This document shows, piece by piece, positions 60,001 through 64,000 of a stretch of 64,000 bases of DNA. The position numbers and the translations under genes were made by a program. Numbering within the stretch: the stretch's first letter is position 1; each line of letters starts with the position of its first letter. A model generated the notes under the pieces. It saw only the letters and a program-made list of their open reading frames with translations. It was not told the origin of the DNA and ran no database searches. The stretch is from an uncultured Acidobacteriota bacterium (lineage in GTDB: Bacteria; Acidobacteriota; JAQAZP01), in NCBI GenBank assembly GCA_963836075.1, contig CAWIIB010000001.1:1536001-1600000 (forward strand), given 5' to 3'.

Positions 60001-60264
60001 TGGGGGGTCAACGTCGCCTGCGGTGATCTTGATGGCGACGGCACCGCGGAGATTTTCACCGGTCCCGGGCCGGGGGTGGATCATCCCCCCCTGGTGGCGG
60101 GTTGGACATACGACGGGGTGTCGGTGAACGGAGCGGGCGCCCTAATGTTTCTGGCCTTCGATCCCGCCGGCTTCACCCACGGGGTGCGGGTCAGTTCGAT
60201 GCCCGGTAGGGGTGCGAGCCGTGAACCGGTCAGCTGCTGCGATCCTGGACGAGATCTTCGATGA
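57010..60264 (+). CDS. Secreted FG-GAP/VCBS-repeat protein plus the shared C-terminal FG-GAP-like module
   Basis: SD GGAGG then TTG 57010; many 'GDLDGDG..DL...L.G.GDGTF' repeats; shared module from ~59203. Confidence 0.8.
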   Translation: MTGKPAAADAAPFQYPATLAVLVTLALLFCAPAPVPAGYFFDAAAAFGAGYRPVYLLAGDLDLDGITDLVVNNYYGNSVCVLPGRGDGTFQSAIFTGVGGNCFGGAIGDLDEDGIPDMVVNHDDYWGITILLGNGDGSFTSGEVYEPQGVNPANMVLGDLDGDGHLDLAVANIFSDDISIHLGPGDGTLEFAGNVATGDFPIGILLAHLDGDDLPDLLTANMHDNTVSVLLNAGSGSFAPQVVYDAGIYPYSIALGDLNGDGHPDLAVGHDQGDTVVILDGNGDGTFGGPREFPAGAYPNDVALGDLDGDGLLDLATTSRGAVPGSGNGVTVLRATGDGSFSEPLAPAAAGQAELVLLADLNRDGLLDAAVLNDLQRRVCVLLGRGDGTFRSAPDYEAGDEPLDTAQGDLDGDGLVDLAVAGGGGSEVSLLRGRGDGTFDQPDGVAAGPAPDLVRLADLERDGDLDLVVRSSAGQGLTTLTNDGAGGFTGLTTHDFGFRPNTVAARDVDGDRYPDLVLTNGGSAMVAVAINDGDGSFAGPLFYPGSGQPSTSVVADLDGDGDPDIAVDDRAGLVHILINDGTGAFTPGTAATAPLARGLAAGNLDGDPFPDLAVGRNQSDRISILLNNGDGTFRPAGEVLAGSEMTGMLARDLDADGFTDLLAASAGTEAVAILPGKGDGTFGETLHIPLKGAPSGLTVGDLNGDRAPDAVLAMSGHDTVTVLLNSTPLSSLIAAAPGPGHSNPPLIRLFRPGFPGEPLVEIAPYGAAGFGASMALGDLDADGSAELVTGPGPGPLYGPHVRGFRLDGSPIPGISFLAYGTSKWGVNVACGDTDGDTFDEIITGAGPGAVFGPHVRGWNWDGSGVAAAIPALSFLAYGTPKWGVNVACGDVDGDAIDEIITGAGPGAVYGPHVRGWNVDGAGPASAITGLSFLAYGTHKWGVNVACGDIDGDGMDEIVTGAGPGAVFAAHVRGWNLDGATGVSAIPGMNFLAYSGLAWGVNVACGDLDGDGTAEIFTGPGPGVDHPPLVAGWTYDGVSVNGAGALMFLAFDPAGFTHGVRVSSMPGRGASREPVSCCDPGRDLR

Positions 60265-62515
60265 GGCTGCGCAGGGTATTGAGGTTGAACGGCTTGATCA
60301 ACGAGGCGTCGAACCCGAAATCCCGGCAATTGGCGATCACCGGGTCATCGGCGTAGCCGCTGGTGACCACGGCGATGACGTCGGGATCGATGGCCTTCAG
60401 TTTCCCCACGGCCTCCCGCCCCCCCATCCCCCCCCTAATGGTGAGGTCGAGCAGCAGCAGGTCGAAAGGTTCCTCCGTCTCCTTCGCACGGCTCTGCGCT
60501 TCGATGGCCTCGGCGCCGTTCCGGGCCAACACCACGGTGTGCCCCAGGCGATCAAGAATTCTGGTGGTGGTACTGATCACCGATTCGTCGTCCTCCAGCA
60601 GCAGTACCCGGCAGACCACCGGGGCCGGCCGGATCGCGGCTTCGTCAGCACCATGGTCACCTGCTGCGGCCGAGCTCGCCGGAAGGTGAAAGACCACCGT
60701 GGTGCCCTCTCCGGGCGATGACTCCACTGAGATGTGCCCCTTGTGTTTCTCGATCACCGAATGGCAGACGGCCAGGCCGATACCGGTCCCTTTCTCTGCA
60801 CCGAGTCTCTTGGTGGAAAAATAGGGATTGAAGACCCGCAACAGATCGGCCTTCCCTATTCCCCTTCCCTGGTCCTTCACCGAAACCCTGATGTATCCGC
60901 CACCGGGCAGTGCCAGGGGGGAGTCTTCACCCAGTAAGACGTTGGCCGCCGCCACCTGCACCGTACCGCCATCGGGCATCGCCTCCCTGGCATTGGTCAG
61001 CAGGTTGTTCAGCACCTGCCAGATCTGGCCCGAATCCACCACCGCCGGCCACAGGTCGTCCGCCAGATCGTATTCGCACCGGATCGCCGACCCGCTCAAG
61101 GAAAAGTCGCAGGTGTTGAGAATCAGGTCGCGTATGGAGGTGGTCTGCAGCACCGGGCTGCCGCCCTTGGAGAAGGTGAGCAACTGGCCGGTCAGTTTTC
61201 TGGCCTGCTCCATGGCGGCCACCGCTTCCTCGAGAGACTTCGCCGCACGGGAACCTTCTTCCAGGTCCAGCGAGGCCAGTTCGATGTTGCCAAAGATGGC
61301 GGTGAGCAGGTTGTTGAAGTCATGGGCGATACCGCCGGCCAGCAGACCCAGCGACTGGAGGTGTTCAACCTTCCGGGTTTCCTCCTCGTGCCGCACGCGC
61401 ATGGTGATTTCCCGGTCGATGCCGCGAAACCCCACCAGTTCACCATCGCTGTCCAGGATCGGTTCGCCGCTGGTCTCCATCACCACTTCACGGCCGTCCC
61501 GGTGCAGGCTGCGGTTGACCAGGCCCACAAAGGGCAACCCGCTGGCGCGGTTCGAGTCGAATGTCGCCCTGGTCCGTTCGGCTTCTTCAGGCGGCATGAA
61601 CTCGTAGAACGCCCGGCCCACCACATCCTGGGGGGAATAGCCGAGAATCGACGACACACTGGGGCTGGAATAGGTGTAGACCCCCTCCCGGTCCACTTCC
61701 CAGATCCAGTCGCTGGAGGATTCCACCAGGCTGCGGAACCGCTCCTCGCTCTCCCGCAACCTCGCCTCGGCCTGCAACCGTTCGGCAATCTCTCTCGACA
61801 GTTCATCGTTGGCGGCCTCCAACTGGCCGGTCCGCAGGTTCACCGTCTGTTCCAGGTCCTCCTTGATCAGCCGCAGCTCGGTTTCGGCCTTTCGCCGCTC
61901 CTCGATTTCATGGCTGTTCTCGTGTCTCAAGGTGAGCGAGTTGACGATCATCCGGCCCATGTTGGAGGAGAGCACCAGGTAGGCCCCGCCAAAAATAGCC
62001 ATCATCAGCCCCATGACCAGGTGCAGGTTGTCTCCGTAGAGGACGAAGATGACGATCACCGGCACGCAGAGCAGCGCGGTGAAAATCCGCATGGTGACCT
62101 TCAACGCAGCCATGGAACCCGCCGCCCCGGCAATGAGACCGCCCAGGACAAAGGCGATGAACACATTGGTCTGAGGTGACTCTGGCGAACAGAAGAGGAT
62201 TGGCGCCAGTCCCCAGGCAACCCCTGACATCTGGGCACTGATCGAATAGAGCGTCAGCCACCGCTCCTGGGTCAGGCGCTGGCCCGCAAACCCTCGATGC
62301 ACGTAGTAGAGAACAAAACGGAAAGCGATGATCGTCCAGACCACCCCCAGCCAGGTGAACAGGATCCCGCTGGGGAAAAGATTCCAGAGGACCAGAACCA
62401 TCAGCGTGGACAGCAGGAGGGTGGCGTAGAGCGCAGCGGGAAGCTGGGAGAAGATCTGGGCCACCAGTTCCCTGAACAGGTGGCGCTGTTCGGGATTGTT
62501 TGCCAGCCTATTCAT
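60230..62515 (-). CDS. Membrane PAS-domain hybrid sensor histidine kinase with receiver
   Basis: TM helices, PAS (SSDWIWE), H-box LAGGIAHDFNNLL, NAREAM, DQGRGI, GTGIGL and receiver LLDLT..KPF. Confidence 0.92.
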   Translation of the reverse strand: MNRLANNPEQRHLFRELVAQIFSQLPAALYATLLLSTLMVLVLWNLFPSGILFTWLGVVWTIIAFRFVLYYVHRGFAGQRLTQERWLTLYSISAQMSGVAWGLAPILFCSPESPQTNVFIAFVLGGLIAGAAGSMAALKVTMRIFTALLCVPVIVIFVLYGDNLHLVMGLMMAIFGGAYLVLSSNMGRMIVNSLTLRHENSHEIEERRKAETELRLIKEDLEQTVNLRTGQLEAANDELSREIAERLQAEARLRESEERFRSLVESSSDWIWEVDREGVYTYSSPSVSSILGYSPQDVVGRAFYEFMPPEEAERTRATFDSNRASGLPFVGLVNRSLHRDGREVVMETSGEPILDSDGELVGFRGIDREITMRVRHEEETRKVEHLQSLGLLAGGIAHDFNNLLTAIFGNIELASLDLEEGSRAAKSLEEAVAAMEQARKLTGQLLTFSKGGSPVLQTTSIRDLILNTCDFSLSGSAIRCEYDLADDLWPAVVDSGQIWQVLNNLLTNAREAMPDGGTVQVAAANVLLGEDSPLALPGGGYIRVSVKDQGRGIGKADLLRVFNPYFSTKRLGAEKGTGIGLAVCHSVIEKHKGHISVESSPGEGTTVVFHLPASSAAAGDHGADEAAIRPAPVVCRVLLLEDDESVISTTTRILDRLGHTVVLARNGAEAIEAQSRAKETEEPFDLLLLDLTIRGGMGGREAVGKLKAIDPDVIAVVTSGYADDPVIANCRDFGFDASLIKPFNLNTLRSLIEDLVQDRSS

Positions 62516-62697
62516 CCGGATTCCATGGGGATGCCCCGCCTGACGGGGAACAGATGATTCCTGAAGTCCGTCATGATAAACAAGCGTTTTCCGGATTGTC
62601 AAACCATCTTCAGGAATACCGCGGTCAATGTCATCGGCAACAGCTGGCCCGGATGCGATACACTGGGGTTGTTACTATCATTGCCGGGAGCAGTATT

Positions 62698-63810
62698 GTG
62701 CGATCATCAGAACCCAGACTGATCACGCCGCGCCGCGCACCGCATTTCCGCCGGCGCCTGCTGGACTGGTATGACCGGCACCGCCGGGACTACCCCTGGC
62801 GAGAGACATCCGACCCCTATGCCGTCTGGGTTTCGGAAGTGATGCTGCAACAGACCCAGACCGGTCGGGTCATGGAATACTACCGCCCGTTTCTCGAGCG
62901 CTTCCCCGACGTGGCGGCGCTGGCCGCCGCCGATCTGGTGGATGTGCTCAAGGCCTGGGAGATGCTCGGCTACTATGCCCGGGCCCGGAACCTCCACGCG
63001 GCCGCGAGCCAGGTTGTGCGCGAGCATGGTGGACGGGTGCCCGGGGGATACGAACAGTTTCGCGCCCTGCCCGGCGTGGGCGACTACACCGCCGCGGCGG
63101 TGACCAGCATCGCCGGCGGCCAGGAGCGGGCCGTGGTGGACGGCAACGTCAAGCGGGTGCTGGCCCGGCTTTTTCTCCTCGACACACCGGTGAACAGCGC
63201 TTCATCCCGGCCTCTCTTCCAGCAGCATGCCGATGCCCTGCTGCACCGCGGGCGCCCCGGCGACTTCAACCAGGCACTGATGGAGTTCGGCGCCCGGATC
63301 TGCCGCCCACGCACCCCCCGCTGCGATGACTGCCCGGTGAGCGTCTACTGCGGGGCCTTTCAGACCGGCCGCCAACGGGAGCTGCCGCAGCGGGTTCAGC
63401 GCAGCCGCAGCCCCCTGCGGAAGGTGGCGGTGGGGGTGGTCCAGCGGCGGGGCCGGATCCTGATCACCAGGCGGGCGCCCACCGGGCTGCTGGGCGGGTT
63501 GTGGGAGTTTCCCGGGGGCGGAGTGCGGAAGGGGGAGACCGCGGAAGAAGCCTGCCGGCGGGAAATCAGGGAGGAAACCGGCCTGGAGGTGGCGGTGGTG
63601 GAGAAACTGACCCGGGTGCGCCACGCCTACTCCCACTTCCGCATCGAGATGGACGTCTTCCGCTGCCGCTGCCTTTCCGGCCGGGTGAAGCTGGACGGAC
63701 CGGTGGATCACCGCTGGATCCGGCCGGGAGAGATCAACCGTTTTCCGCTGCCCGCGGCCAACCACAAATTCCTTCACCTGCTGGACGTGCGCGGACCGGC
63801 CGACGGCTGA
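62698..63810 (+). CDS. mutY: A/G-specific adenine glycosylase with C-terminal Nudix domain
   Basis: WVSEVMLQQT, LGYYARARNLH, HhH LPGVGDYTA, VDGNVKRV and the FeS motif CRPRTPRCDDCPVSVYC. Confidence 0.95.
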   Translation: MRSSEPRLITPRRAPHFRRRLLDWYDRHRRDYPWRETSDPYAVWVSEVMLQQTQTGRVMEYYRPFLERFPDVAALAAADLVDVLKAWEMLGYYARARNLHAAASQVVREHGGRVPGGYEQFRALPGVGDYTAAAVTSIAGGQERAVVDGNVKRVLARLFLLDTPVNSASSRPLFQQHADALLHRGRPGDFNQALMEFGARICRPRTPRCDDCPVSVYCGAFQTGRQRELPQRVQRSRSPLRKVAVGVVQRRGRILITRRAPTGLLGGLWEFPGGGVRKGETAEEACRREIREETGLEVAVVEKLTRVRHAYSHFRIEMDVFRCRCLSGRVKLDGPVDHRWIRPGEINRFPLPAANHKFLHLLDVRGPADG

Positions 63811-63910
63811 TAGTTCTTGCACCAAGCCCCGCTCCCCGTAATAATGAGTTGCCCCAGCCAGGGCCGATACCCGACGGGTTGCCTGTTACGCCGCATGCGG
63901 CGGCAGAGGA

Positions 63911-64000
63911 ATGATTGTGAAAACTTATCATACGTCTCCGTTCTTCCACTGGTCGTTTCTGCGCCGCCTGGCTTTCCTGTCCGCCCTGGCCGCCGCCTGT
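63911..64000 (+). CDS. Start of a probable exported protein (partial)
   Basis: SD GAGGA, ATG 63911, open to the edge: MIVKTYHTSPFFHWSFLRRLAFLSALAAAC. Confidence 0.4.
   Translation, partial: MIVKTYHTSPFFHWSFLRRLAFLSALAAAC

Noticed and set aside
62500-62697. N-terminal extensions of mutY (62500) and the kinase (62602)
   Set aside because: They would overlap head-to-head; family similarity starts near 62698 and 62515.

Overview
GC-rich bacterial chromosomal window with no rRNA, tRNA or CRISPR array that I could see. The gene content suggests a diderm anaerobe, possibly Acidobacteriota or a deltaproteobacterial lineage (inference only). There are three main themes. (1) 6.9-17.2 kb is a complete-looking extracellular electron-transfer locus. 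It has a tetraheme c3, two CbcL-like multiheme/cytochrome-b proteins (19 and 11 CxxCH), and an ArsR-led operon. That operon encodes a decaheme lipoprotein and an outer-membrane beta-barrel whose frame is interrupted by a single in-frame TGA followed by a SECIS-like hairpin, a probable selenoprotein that the ORF track splits in two. A REP-flanked RAYT transposase sits in the middle of the locus. (2) 17.6-60 kb holds many large secreted proteins that end in one of two shared C-terminal modules. A ~330-aa 'GPGPGAVFGPHVRG' FG-GAP-like propeller is on five unrelated proteins, three of them cysteine proteases (C15, C25, C11). A 122-aa 'PAPYNQPPYPPAGDTD' domain is on three tandem propeller proteins. 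Both are candidates for a lineage-specific sorting or anchoring system. (3) Smaller oddities include an orphan RiPP-precursor-like peptide, a lipoprotein with an apparent ATC start codon, a catalytically dead M1 aminopeptidase homologue, and a MutY with an intact Nudix box. All family assignments are from motif reading by eye; no searches were run.
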